Below are positions 1-11,953 of a stretch of 64,000 nt of DNA, in pieces. The stretch is from Octopus sinensis (taxonomy: Eukaryota): the NCBI RefSeq assembly GCF_006345805.1, contig NC_042998.1, positions 99,696,001-99,760,000 of the forward strand, written 5' to 3'. Each line of letters opens with the position of its first letter. Position 1 is the first letter of the stretch. The notes under the pieces are model-generated. The model ran no database searches. It was not told where the DNA came from and saw only the letters and a list, made by a program, of their open reading frames with translations. A program made the translations under genes and the position numbers.

Positions 1-589
1 ACAAAAAAACAAAAACAATGCAAAGCAGTACACTTGCTCTATATTTCTGGTATAAGAGTTGGATGTTGATTCGTTGTGCCTTCTGCTTAATTAAAAGAGT
101 AGCACTTGGGTTAACTCCAATGTGATGGTTATTAAACTTCACGAACCACTCCTTAACCGTTATTGAGGTGGGCAATTTATTGTAGGTTAGAAGTTTAAAT
201 GATAAGGCCGGAGAAAATAATAGGATTACTAGAAAATAGGAAAGTTATGGATCTAGGCCCCCTTGTAATTTTATTTTTTTAAACAAAGAGGAAGACTGAT
301 AAGGAGAAGTGTTATGAATACCAAGTCCTTAACTAAACTATTTTCAGCTTGAACGTCTGTAGATTGATAACAATATGGAAGATATGAGTAAAGAGGAACT
401 TCAAGAGAGTTTTAATTATGGAATGTGAGGGTTGAGCATGTTAAAAGAGGTGGGCTTTGCAGTGGTGGTATGCAGCTTATAAGTTCAGAGAGACAGAAAG
501 CATAGAAATGCAAACCGATATAAATGAGGAGAGTTGAAAAAAATGTTTTTGAGCCAGTGATTGTAGCGTATTTGGGAAGTGAATTTTTT

Positions 590-1290
590 CAATCAACCAG
601 ACAATCATCTGTGGATGCGGTCTAGAATGCATCTGCACCATACCAGTTATTCAACTAATACTGTAAAATCACTTCTGATATTTGTAGTATTTTATACCCG
701 GAGCATTGATAATGTTTTCGATGCATACTCAACAAGAAAGATTATAAAAATTTTATGGGGTTTATCATTCACAGCGACTTCAATAGATTTCTTTTGCCTG
801 TAGCAGTTGAACTAAAACGCATCCTTTTCATTTCCACCAAACCAGTACGGAACTATTAGAAGTCAATGAATAAATTTTGCAACATGGTTAATGCCATGTC
901 TCGCACACACAACATTCTTAAACTCAGTCAAATCTATAACTCTCAAACCTTTCAAAGAAGCCATCAAACATTCTGCAGCAATAATTTATCATTGAATAAA
1001 ATATCGCTAATAGCTTAAGGCTTCTAAGACCAAATTACTTGTAAAACCGTATAAAACCTTATAAAAACCACTTTTCACGTACGCTTTACTCATATGCCAG
1101 TACCCACCCCTGTTACATAGGTTATAAAAAGCAATAAAATTTGAACCAAAACTCGACTGGTCAGTACAGTTGCAGTCGATATTCGAAGTAGCCAGCATAC
1201 GTCTCAGTCGTCATCATTCAGCCCGTCAATTGAGAAGTTGAAAAAATCCAGAAACATCAAAGTAATATCAAACAACAGAGAGAAACAGGT
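590..1290 (-). pseudogene. Decayed intronless ORF of unknown origin (candidate endogenous viral/giant-element gene)
   Basis: One frame runs on from track ORF 1007..1198 through scattered stops: MLATSNIDCNC...VLEALSY*RYFIQ**IIAAECLMASLKGLRVIDLTEFKNVVCARHGINHVAKFIH*LLIVPYWFGGNEKDAF*. G/T-rich sense strand; no recognisable domain. Confidence 0.45.
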
Positions 1291-1590
1291 TCCAACAAGT
1301 CCAAGACATAGAATCTGACCTAACGAAACATTAGAATACCTTTAAAGCTGTGTCACAGACTACAGATGAAATAATAAGAGGATCAGATAAAGAACAACCG
1401 AGCCAAGAAACAACATGGGGCCTTGTAAATAGAAGAAAAAATAACTTTGAGTATAAGAGCTGGTGTAAATAGAAATGGGAAAGTATGACAAAGAATACTA
1501 AGATCTGGACTGACAGGTAAAACGGATGTCATGCCAAAACTGGCTATTAAACAGACAACAAGACAGTCGAGCAAACTGTCTCATAGGTTA

Positions 1591-2750
1591 TCAGACCTTC
1601 GCCGTATACAAAAAATTTGTAGTTTTCAGAAATACTAGTTCTCCAAACATTGCCTTTAACTCCTCAACCTCATCTTTCATCCCACATACAATTAGCATGT
1701 GAAGAAATTTGGGGCCATTCCATCTAGCAAAAATTCGGTAAAAATTCGTCAAAAGCAATATTATTATTCATGACATTAGCAAAACCTTCGACTTTATGAA
1801 CCCGCTTGTTAAGACACTCGCTTTTGCATGCCTACAGTCTCCACATTCGTCTTATCTTTTAAAGACACTCCTCCTCCTCCAATCATATGCACAGCCTTAT
1901 CCACAGATGTCAGCTCATTCCAATTCGCCTACCATTCTCTAGACACAGCTGCACCGCCCTACATTAGTCACATAGAAACCTTGTTAAAATCGACGGTCAT
2001 AAAGCAGAACCTACCAAACCCACGTCTTTTTTTTATCAGCAACACCAGTCAACATCATTTACAAGAAATCATCATACTCAGCCAAATAAACAGATCTTAT
2101 ACACAGAATACAAAAACACCAGGAGTTATATACAAGGCTTCTAAATCATTTCCAACAGAATAGCGCAATCATAATGAGATATAGCATCGAATTCTCTCTA
2201 CCACGACCACCACAAGAAAAAAACCCCAATACATTAGATCTATCACTGATTATAACGGTAATACCTGACTTTACGGATATTTCCACAACAAATACTAATC
2301 AACTGTAAAAAAATACTATACTGCATACTTGACCTTATAGATTTCACATAGATTACACCAATAGACCATCTATACAAAAAATATATAGATTGTAAACATG
2401 ATAGACAATCTGGGCATGTGGGGAAACATAATTTCTTTTCACAGAAACTTTCAGCCCTTATAGTCCTTGCGCAGTTACCCCAACTCCACCAGACACATCT
2501 ACTACATCTTGCAACAATTTCTACAACACCATCTCAAAAAACTATCTCCAGCATTCAGTCCAGAAAAAAAAACATAAAACTGTACACACACACACACACA
2601 CGAAAGTAACAACTGCATCAATATCCTCATTATTTCCAGCCTAAGCCATACTAGGTTGTACACCGCCAATGACATGTGCAGAGAAACAACAACTATTTCG
2701 TTCTGAACAATCTACTTTATTTAACTACACTGTGGCCACCCACAATACTT
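1591..2750 (-). pseudogene. Decayed intronless ORF of unknown origin (candidate endogenous viral/giant-element gene)
   Basis: Protein-like fragments with frameshifts and stops: CFSAHVIGGVQPSMA*AGNNEDIDAVVTF; KLLQDVVDVSGGVGVTAQGL*GLKVSVKRNYVSPHAQIVYHVY; ANWNELTSVDKAVHMIGGGGVSLKDKTNVETVG; YRIFARWNGPKFLHMLIVCGMKDEVEELKAMFGELVFLKTTNFLYTAKV* (stop at 1591-1593). Confidence 0.45.
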
Positions 2751-2930
2751 TCGCTCGATTTACTTGAAATATCAGCCAAATTCCTTCAGATCAACTTCAT
2801 CGTCTTAGAAAGAACATACTGGATAATACATTACGTCCAATTAGAAAGATTAGATAGTGATGTCAAGAACACCTTTGATCATAGATCTGATCAATCTGGT
2901 TTGATCTGACTCTAAACAACAATAACAACA
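2745..2930 (-). mobile_element. Old ~200-250 bp interspersed repeat (SINE-like, here family C)
   Basis: Similar by eye (ttgttgtt...ctgatc..gcagatctatgatcaaaggtgttc...cattatccagtatg...gatttggctg.tatttc) to 19075-19230, 21225-21370, 36170-36330, 43280-43720 (minus), 52515-52590 and 63590-63790. Confidence 0.55.
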
Positions 2931-3242
2931 GATTGTAAAATTAAACAGAATAAATTGCAACACGTCAGTTCATGTGATTAATCACTGCATGGCGTATCTG
3001 AAACACTAGGCCAGTAGGTCACTCGTAATCATTCGGTCAACAATATGAGTGACACAAATCTGCCCGATCAGAACTGTCCTGGTGCTATATTAAAGCAACA
3101 ATAACAAAACACCGAATTGTGCATATAACTACCATTCACTTAAAGTCATTTCGATTATTCAAAGACCATATCTCAACTCATTCAATCCAACAGTAGTAAT
3201 ACTCTTACAAACTCACTTTCGATTTTAATACTCACAATCCTA

Positions 3243-4252
3243 TTGAATAAACTATTTCTTGAAACCGTGATTCAATTGTGTATTGATGCTTTTAAAAGAG
3301 ACTATGCTGTTTTATCTCCATTAGATGTTTTCGAGTTCTTTTCATGGAATAAGTGTAATTCTGACTTGAAATATTTCAGCTTGTGTGATGGACGTTTGCG
3401 TTTGGAAGGTTAAGTAAAAATGGAAATCTGGTATTATTTCGTAGATATTGCAGTAAGGTCATTAGCATACGAAAGAAGGAAACATGTGGGAGACATAATT
3501 GAACAATGCATTAGAGTTAAAACCTTGTTAGAGAAAAGTCCTTGAGTACATGTTGATTAGAAACAATTCGATTTGACAGAAACTTTCGATGCAATAAAAG
3601 ACAGATTGACAGTTGAGGTAAAGCGAACCACATAACCATCAGATTTTAAAGTAGAAGACTTTGCTAGTATCAAGAGTAATGGCAGCACTTTTGCCGAAGT
3701 TCTTAGCGACGAACGGCAATTTTGTGAGTGACTTAAGATAACAGATTTCTGATAGATCCTTGATTACAGAATCTAATTGAAGCCACTGAAAGATAGAGAC
3801 CAACAGTGATAAACAAGTTTTTCATTTACGATCGTTTCCATCATCTTTGAGGTTTTAAAAGAGAAAGGGTTAGAGTCAGGTAAAGGAAGTGAAAAGCAAT
3901 GTCACATGTAAATACTCTGTATAGAGTTTGGTGAGAAAAAGCGCTATCTATGGAATAGACGGACACAGCCAGGTCTGATCAACTTGTTCGGTGGAATAAT
4001 CAAAACTTTTTTTCATATAGTGACTGTATGTAACATGAAAAGTTAGGTTGAGAAGAGAAGTTCAGGAATGGGTTTATCTGTGTAGATTTGGAAGTAAAAT
4101 GAATAACAAATGAGGAGGCTTTACATGTTGAACTGCTACTTGCGGAACTGACTGAAGAAATCATCGTCGCAAGGGAACACAAGGCTCAATTCATATTTAG
4201 TAGATGAGACTGCTTGTAAATCTCGCAATGCAATATGTTGGTGTGTCTTTAA
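3243..4252 (+). pseudogene. Decayed intronless ORF (~330 codons) of unknown origin
   Basis: Purine-rich frame preserved across isolated stops: LFLETVIQLCIDAFKRDYAVLSPLDVFEFFSWNKCNSDLKYFSLCDGRLRLEG*VKMEIWYYFVDIAVRSLAYERRKHVGDIIEQCIRVKTLLEKSP*...FDLTETFDAIKDRLTVEVKR. One frameshift near the T-run at ~4010, then ...ITNEEALHVELLLAELTEEIIVAREHKAQFIF. Confidence 0.5.
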
Positions 4253-5267
4253 GTTTATATATATGATGTTTATTTATGTATAGTGTGAGTGTGAATGTAA
4301 GTATGTATGTATGTATGTATGCATGTCTCTTCTAGTTTTTAATTATTATAAATCTTCCACTGAACTGGTTTTCAACAAGGATACAAGGCTCCATCTTTGG
4401 GATATGACTCGTACCCTCTCAGGCCACAGCTTTTCTCATCGAATTCTAATGATTATAAACTCTCTTCAGGCCATACCGCGGGGACAGCTTGCTGTAAGAA
4501 TTTGCTTTAATGAAGTTATAATCAATTCATTCGTTTAAAATATTCCTCCCTCTTTGAATTCTTCGATAAATTTCAGGATTCAGATCAACATAAAATTACA
4601 AAGAAGGAAAACTCCGTTACATAAATATCCTCATTAAAAAGAGTGTCAATGACATACTCTTTAATGTATACAGATATCACAGACTATATTAAGGGTAAAA
4701 CAACAATTGTCGGGAAGCTGCAAGACAAGCCTCTCCTACGGCTAAATCAGGACTTCACATCAAACCATGATTATAAAAATGACAAAGTAATTCAACATTA
4801 TTCGAAGATCTAACATTGATATTGCAAACTTGTGTGAGGACTATTAGAGAGAGAAGTGGTGAGACTCTGGGTCGCGGTTTCGAACCGTAACTGAAATATA
4901 ACTAATTTCATGTTTATTTCACCAATGCTCAGTAGAAAACAAAGTCACGTAATCTCTATTGGTTGACTTACTATAATCAGCTGTAGTTATCTGTGGATGA
5001 TTTACTGTACTAGGTTTGTGAAAGGTTAAAAACGGGTATTATGAAAAGAGCTAAAACATTGAACGGTACAGTTCTCGTTACACAGAATAGTTGCGAGAAA
5101 GTTTTCATCTAAATTCTTTCAAACCGGTTGCAAACAATATGCGTCCATCGTATTTAAACAATACGACCTTTAACCTAACCAACATAAAAAAAATTGCACT
5201 TTGCAACTCACTAACCTAAATCATTCATTTGGTCAATCTTTTCCAACCTAGCAGTTTCTATCCTCTG

Positions 5268-5268
<1 letters not shown>

Positions 5269-5301
<33 letters not shown>

Positions 5302-5309
5302 GGAGAGAG

Positions 5310-5362
<53 letters not shown>
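5269..5362. repeat. (TA)n-(GA)n compound microsatellite
   Basis: Read directly from sequence. Confidence 0.95.
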
Positions 5363-5365
<3 letters not shown>

Positions 5366-6014
5366 CTTCTGCATTACTGTGGTACAATAAAAACACTATA
5401 ATTTCCATAATTTAAATTTAGATGTGTTTGAAATCCTATTTTATTCTTTCTGCGTTTCATCCAAACTGGAGATAAGAGCTACAAACATCTGGTTTCTGTG
5501 GTGATCTTAGTTAACTGATTAATTCTGACAGCTTCTTTCAGTTGCAGCCGCAATAATTTTAATGTAAACTCTGTTTTAATATATTAACTTAAAACAACAA
5601 TGACCTAAATTTATGAATTAATTTAATTTGAGAAAACAGTCACTCATACAATTTTACTGTTTTGATTTGTTTTTGTTTGTTTTTTTGTTCAATTTTATTT
5701 CAGTTTGATATTTAGTGAATATATTTCTGTTGCGTAGAATGTTTGATAAACCAGCATCACCAGAATTTAGTTTTATTTCAATTAAGAAGTAATATTTGTA
5801 CATTTACTCCAGATTGTTTATGTAGATATTTCTTCTTTTTTAATTACGTCATTAAAACTTGCAATTCAGGTGAGATAGCATTGAAGAAAAAAAAATATTA
5901 CTATTTTTATTTTGAGGCAGGAAAATTATCATTTAATCTATGCTGTTTATGTGTCTTTAACGAGAAGAAAATTGATGATGTGAAAGAACCTTCAAAGAAG
6001 TTCTAAAGGAACTA

Positions 6015-6315
6015 GTGGTTAGAGGGCGTAGGCATGGCTGTATGGCCAGAAGGTTTTCTTGGAAACTACCCAGACAAATGTCTTCGACGATAGCCTGAGG
6101 TTGAAAACTTCTGAATGCATTTTAATGGACAGAAACTGTAGTGGTGGCCCTCCATGCATGTATGTATGTATGTATGTGTGTATGTATGTATGTATGTATG
6201 TATGTATGTATGTATGTATGTATGTATGTATGTGTGTGTGTATGTGTGTGTATGTATGTGTGTATGTATGTATGTATGTATGTATGTATGTATGTATGTG
6301 TGTGTGTATGTATGT
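6015..6315 (+). mobile_element. Degenerate head of SINE family A followed by (TATG)n
   Basis: ggcgtaggcatggctgtatgg...caaatgtcttc..cgatagcc...gacagaaactg resembles the family A 5' half. Confidence 0.5.
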
Positions 6316-6818
6316 TACGGGATGAAAAACAAAACCCGTCAAAGGGCGGATGAACTCTTGAGAGTCAACGGCCATCCAATAAATGTCTTAAGGCTGTATC
6401 ATGCGCGGGGACAGAAATAATCGGACTGAATACCCGATCGCGCGGTTAAACCATTGGGAGTGAAGGACTCCTAACCTTTGTTAGGGCATCCTTCTCGGAG
6501 AAGGTAACTCAGGTAACTGGGATAACTCCGATATAAAACCTGCGGCTCAGTGGTTACCGATGATGTTGACTTGTTCTTCTTTTCGGATTATGGCTGTTGT
6601 TGCTTAGTGAGTGGGATTGACTCAGTGCACAGCCTTTCCTGACTTAAAAAAAATCTTGCACAGGCATTGCACGATAACAATATTGATTAAGCTTCGTGCA
6701 ATGGCCATACTCGATAACGAGGGGGGAGCCACCATGTATGCATGTATGTATGTATGTATGTATGTATGTACGTATGTATGTATGTATGTATGTATGTATG
6801 TATGTATGTATGTATGTA
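6316..6818 (+). mobile_element. RTE-related non-autonomous retroposon with (ATGT)n tail
   Basis: gttagggcatccttctcggagaaggtaactc resembles an RTE 5'UTR motif. 3' hairpin cattgcacga...tcgtgcaatg, ending ccacc(atgt)n; sits inside a TATG tract. Confidence 0.5.
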
Positions 6819-6889
6819 TTAGATAATAAAACGAATGGCTTATACCAAGTAGCTTACTGGCAAAGCACGATTACTTTCATAGTCTTCGT

Positions 6890-7622
6890 TATGTATTTGA
6901 TTAATGAGAGACGGAAGATGGAACATAGAGAAATTTTATTAATCGCTACAACTGTTTCGACCAATCTAGCATCGATTCCTGAGGGGTGGGATACGTAACA
7001 ACTGGTTCAGTACCATCCGACGTTGCAGTTCTGCAATGTATCTTCTCAGTTCGTATAAAGAAAAGTAGCAAATTAGGGGATGTAACTTCATTTATATAGA
7101 TCAATAATAAAATAACAGATGCAAAAAAAAAAAAAAAAATCGAACACGCAATACAACGAAAAAGTATTAAATATAATCGTTAATGGATATGGATGTATAA
7201 ACGCCTTCGCGTAGGTTGTATGGCGCATACACACTCGTTGATACACACATCCACGAAGATGTAAGAATACGCAACACAGGTGTGGTATTGCTCACACACG
7301 CACACATAGCGAATTAAATAACTACTTGGTGTTTATAAGAATGGGAAGGTTAGAGCTAAATTTAATTCATCCATACTTTAAGGTGAATTATATTAATCAA
7401 ATTCATTCCAACTGCATTGTTATAAAGTGAATTTATATGCATGTAAGCATTTTGAAAGTATTTCAGGAATTCTATTCATGATCTTCTCATCTGCAACGTC
7501 AGATACTACTGAATACTTGTTAAGTATTTCACCCGTAAGGGATCTATGCTAGATGGGGCGAAACAATTGTAGTGATTAATAAAATTTCTCATAATTTTCA
7601 TCCCTCATTAATCAAATACATA
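6890..7622. mobile_element. Penelope-like non-autonomous element with inverted pseudo-LTR arms
   Basis: 6890-7028 is a diverged reverse complement of 7491-7622; both arms carry CGAAAC; flanked by microsatellite. Confidence 0.55.
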
Positions 7623-7653
7623 CATACATACACACACATATATATATATATAT

Positions 7654-7718
<65 letters not shown>

Positions 7719-8054
7719 TATATATATGCGTACATATACATACATATATGCATACATATACATACATATATATGCATACATATATATACATACATATATA
7801 CATATATATACATATATACATGCATATATACATGAATATATATACATACATATATATATATATACATATGTATACATATGTACATGCATATATATACATA
7901 CATATATATATACATATGTATACATATATACACGCATATATACATATATATATATACACACATACATATAAATACATAATGTGTATATATACATACACAC
8001 ACATACATACATATATATATTCATGCATACATATATACATACATATATACATAC

Positions 8055-8118
<64 letters not shown>

Positions 8119-8139
8119 CACATATATATATATATTATA

Positions 8140-8177
<38 letters not shown>

Positions 8178-8178
8178 C
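7616..8178. repeat. Compound (TA)n/(CA)n/(CATA)n microsatellite
   Basis: Read directly from sequence; explains the many Y/I/H/T-rich ORFs in the track. Confidence 0.95.
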
Positions 8179-8698
8179 AAAGTAAAATTGCAAGGTACGG
8201 CACGAATGAAAATATATAGGAAAGAGGATTTGAAAATGCAGAGGTCTTTTAAAGATGTTTATTGACTTGTCCGGTTTCACTTTTTTTAAAAAAAGATTTT
8301 CAAATGTAAAATGTAAGGCTTTGTGTAGTCTTTGTTGAATTAAAAAGTGGTTATCATAGATGTATTAAAATACAGTGAAACAGTCTTTGACAATGATAAG
8401 AAAATGTTAAGAAATGGAATATTTGACAATGATAAGAATATGTCAAGAGGGTTTTTTGTTTAAACAGTTTACATAAAAGTGTTCAAAACAGGTAGTAGTA
8501 TAAATTCATAATTATTTATAAGTTCATCAATAATCATGATTGTATAGAAGCATATATCTAGAAAGAATTTGAGAGGAGAAAGCATGTATTGCTTAGTCAA
8601 AACTTCATCAGAAATCATATTTAAGTGTTTATACAAAATTTTAGGGGCATGACCAACCATTTTCTTCATCTTCAGTCTTGTACGTGTGCTTACCAAAC

Positions 8699-8844
8699 TG
8701 TTATGTCACACGTTCGGATGACCTCTACTCAACCGTTCTCTACTCTACTCTCTGTTCTGCTCTACCCTGCTGACGTCTAGGCTTCTCCCTCTATATCTAC
8801 GTATTGGGCTAGCCTACTTCATCGTCTGGGGCGTCCACACAACA
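8699..8844 (-). repeat. Candidate short 3' LTR (146 bp, TGTTG...TAACA)
   Basis: Starts with TG immediately after the PPT; ends ATAACA. The left boundary is inferred. Confidence 0.55.
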
Positions 8845-8856
8845 CCTCCCCCTTTT
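8845..8856 (-). promoter_or_regulatory. Polypurine tract (AAAAGGGGGAGG)
   Basis: Lies just downstream of the integrase stop and abuts TGTTG. Confidence 0.85.
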
Positions 8857-8884
8857 GAGTTCTTTAAACCCGAATTTATCAATT

Positions 8885-10074
8885 TTATTTCCTCGGTGAG
8901 AAACTGGCATATCTTTTTCTCTTAGCGTTAATTTCCATCATTTCTGTAGGTTTTCTCTTCCTGTTTGACCTACGTGTCGGTTCTGCTTTTGCTTGTGGTT
9001 CTGGGACCTCGAACACTTTTGCTTGTGGTTCTGGGACCTGGAACAAATCATACCATAAATCCATTGGTTCTTCTCGCCTCTCTTGGCTTTTGGTATATCT
9101 TTTTTTTAATTGGTTTAAATGCCTTCTGTGTTCATATTTTGGCCCTTTTACCATGTACATCACGTTACCCAGACGTCCAGTTATACTTCCTTGTTCCCAG
9201 TCCTGTTTTCCGTTACTATATATTTTAAAATACATTTTGTCAACTATGTTAAAAAAATTCGTTTTTCTTCCCGAATTTTCTGTTTTCTGTTTCCTGCTTG
9301 GCAACCATCTGTCGAAAATAGAACGAATTTTTCTGGAAAACATCAAATCTGCAAGTGGCCTACCCGACTCTACATTAGGATTCGGTGTTATTCTATACAC
9401 CTGCAAAAACTTTGTCATATTTGTATCTCCAACGTTTTCCCGTCTGGTCTTCCTTAAGGCTCTCTTGAATGTGTCGACGAATCTTTCCGCTAACCCATTT
9501 GACCTTAGATGGCATGGCGGAGTTAACACATGCTTCATCTGAACCGACTTACAGAATCTTTCGAACTCCTTCGCCGTGAATTGTGTACCAATATCCGACA
9601 CGATCGTATCTGGGACTCCATAACGAGCGAACAGTTCTTCCAAGAAGTCACACTTCTTGTTGGCCTTGCACATTTACACACTTCGGGTTATTTGGAATAG
9701 CTATCCCCAACAATGATATAATGAGAGCCATTTATTGGTCCTGCGAAATCCACATGTAATCTAGACCATGCCGAATCCGTTTTTGGCCACGGCTGAATCT
9801 GCACTGGGGACGCCTTTGCTGCCATAGCGCAACCCCTACACTGTTTTACCAGTCTTTCAATTTGCTTGTCCATATTCGGCCAATAAACGTAACTTCTCAT
9901 AAGGTTCTTCATCCGAACAATCCCCAGATGTCCTACATGAAAGTCTTTTAATACTCTGTTTTTCAGTGCTTCAGGTATTACCACTCTTTGTGCATATAAT
10001 AATACTTCATCACACACTGAATAGTGCTTTGAACCTGCGTCCCGCTCACTTATATTTTTCGTGTTACTCAACAT
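8885..10074 (-). pseudogene. pol: Gypsy integrase (H2C2 zinc finger + rve core), frameshifted
   Basis: FHVGHLGIVRMK...YVYWPNMDKQIE...CRGC; WSRLHVDFAGP; GVPDTIVSDIGTQF; SNGLAERFVDTFK. Confidence 0.95.
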
Positions 10075-10194
10075 TTAAAAAATCTTATTTATGAACCTAT
10101 CATTTCCCGATTTCAATTTAATTTCTTCCAGCGTTACCGGTAAATCACGGACAACATTGCACAAAATATTCTTCAGTTCCATTTCTAGTTTTAA

Positions 10195-10620
10195 CTATAC
10201 AATCACCGTGTCTTCAAAAGGTTCCTCATATTTTGGAATTAGACTAGACAACCCGTCTGCGTGTCCCATTTTATTTGATGGCAAAAACTCCATCTGGAAA
10301 TCGTAGTTCAACAGATTAGTCCCCCAAAAAATAGACAATAACGGTCGGTGATCCGTTTGCAGTGTAAAGTTTCTCCCACGTAAGAATTTATGGAAGTGTT
10401 TTACTGCGAAGATTAATGATAACGCCTCTTTTTCAATCCGGCTGTAGTTTCTTTCCGCTGGTAATAGAACTCTTGATGCATGTGCAATAGCTTTGATTTT
10501 AGCATCCTTAAATTTATGCAATATCACAGCTCCTATACCATATTCACTGGCATCCGATGCCACAATTATTTTCAGATTTGCGTCGAAATGAGTTAATGAT
10601 AACTCTGATGTTAACCGTTT
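10195..10620 (-). pseudogene. pol: Gypsy RNase H
   Basis: ASDASEYGIGAV...ERNYSRIEKEALSLIFAVKHFHKFL.GRNFTLQTDHRPL. Confidence 0.95.
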
Positions 10621-10699
10621 TTATAATACCTCGAATGATTTCTGACATTCGTTTGTCCAGCTCCATTTCGAGTCCTTCTTTAGCAACTTATTCAACGGA

Positions 10700-11700
10700 G
10701 CTCTTAGCTCATACATTTTAGGTATGTACAACTGGTAATAACTTACGAAACCTAAAAATGCTTGTAGTGTCGTTTTGTTAGTGGGAGCAGGCATTTTGTT
10801 TTATCGCGTCGATCCTAGAAGGGTCCGGTTTTCGTCTGTTTTCATCGAGCATCTGTCCTAAGTACTTTATTTTTGTCAAGAAAAATTCACATTGATCTTC
10901 CCTTACTTTGAACCCGTAATCACATATTCGTTTGAAAACCTCTTCTATATGTTCAATATGTTGATCTCTTGATATACTTTTGATCAATATGTCATCCAAG
11001 TTTGGGACCGCGAACTCACAATCTGCTAGCATAATTTATGCTAGATGGGGCGAAACAATTGTAGTGATTAATAAAAACAATTGTAGTGATTAATAAAAAT
11101 TCTCATATCTTTCATCCCTCATTAATCAAATACATACATACATACACACATACATATATATATATATATACATACATATATACATATATATATATATACA
11201 TATATATGCGTACATATACATACATATATATGCATACATATATATACATATATATGCATACATATATATACATACATATATTGCTGAAATATTGCTGGTG
11301 CGACCTTTACCCCAAATGGCAGTCTTTATGAGTATTGATTGTTAATACTTTAGCACATTCTTCATCTACCAGTAATTGGAGGTAGGCCTCTGACAAATCC
11401 AGCTTGGAAAAAAGTTTCTCACCATTGCACTTAGCAAATATTTCTTGTTTTTTAAACAATCATTAAGACCAGTTGAGAAGTCCGCACATACTCTTACCTC
11501 GCTGTTCTTCTTTTATATATATACCGTAGGAGCCGCCCACTCAGGGTAGTCTACTTTTTCAATTACTTCCATATCTTCCAATCTTTTTAATTCCTTTTCA
11601 ACATGATTTAACGCCGCAAAAGGTACATTCCTTTTCGGTTTGAACACCGGCACCGCATTTTCTTTCAACTCAAACTTTACTTTAATTTTTTTTACACATA
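10700..11700 (-). pseudogene. pol: Gypsy reverse transcriptase, disrupted by an insertion at 11037-11280
   Basis: [54 protein letters not shown] (YxDD site decayed), IKYLGQ. Confidence 0.93.
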
Positions 11701-11953
11701 CCGAGCTCTTTCAAAAAAAAAAAAAAAATACCAGGGTACATCTTTTTCAATTTTAATTTCATTTTTTCCGATGCTTTCTCTGACACGGACTGTGACGCAT
11801 TCAACTTGTTACGCATTCAACTTGTTACGCATTCAACTTGTGACGCATTCAACTTGTGATAGATCCCACAGGTCAAATCCTTCCATTAAATCTGTTCTGA
11901 ACAGATTAATTGTATTCTTAGATACCATTAGTTTACATTTCCGCGTCCTGTTT

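Noticed and set aside
4590-4690. GKLRYINILIKKSVNDILFNVYR, faintly like a Penelope RT C-terminal block
   Set aside because: Too short and degenerate to support.
6019-8265. Many overlapping ORFs rich in Y/I/H/T/C/V/M
   Set aside because: Translations of (TA)n, (CA)n and (TATG)n microsatellites; the same applies at 27581-29327, 40624-40924, 54791-55266 and 59155-59671.
8180-8696. Possible Penelope 3' end (…YEFILLPVLN) next to the Gypsy 3' end
   Set aside because: No diagnostic GIY-YIG residues visible.
8965-9542. Plus-strand ORFs overlapping the integrase
   Set aside because: Antisense shadows of the Gypsy pol frame.
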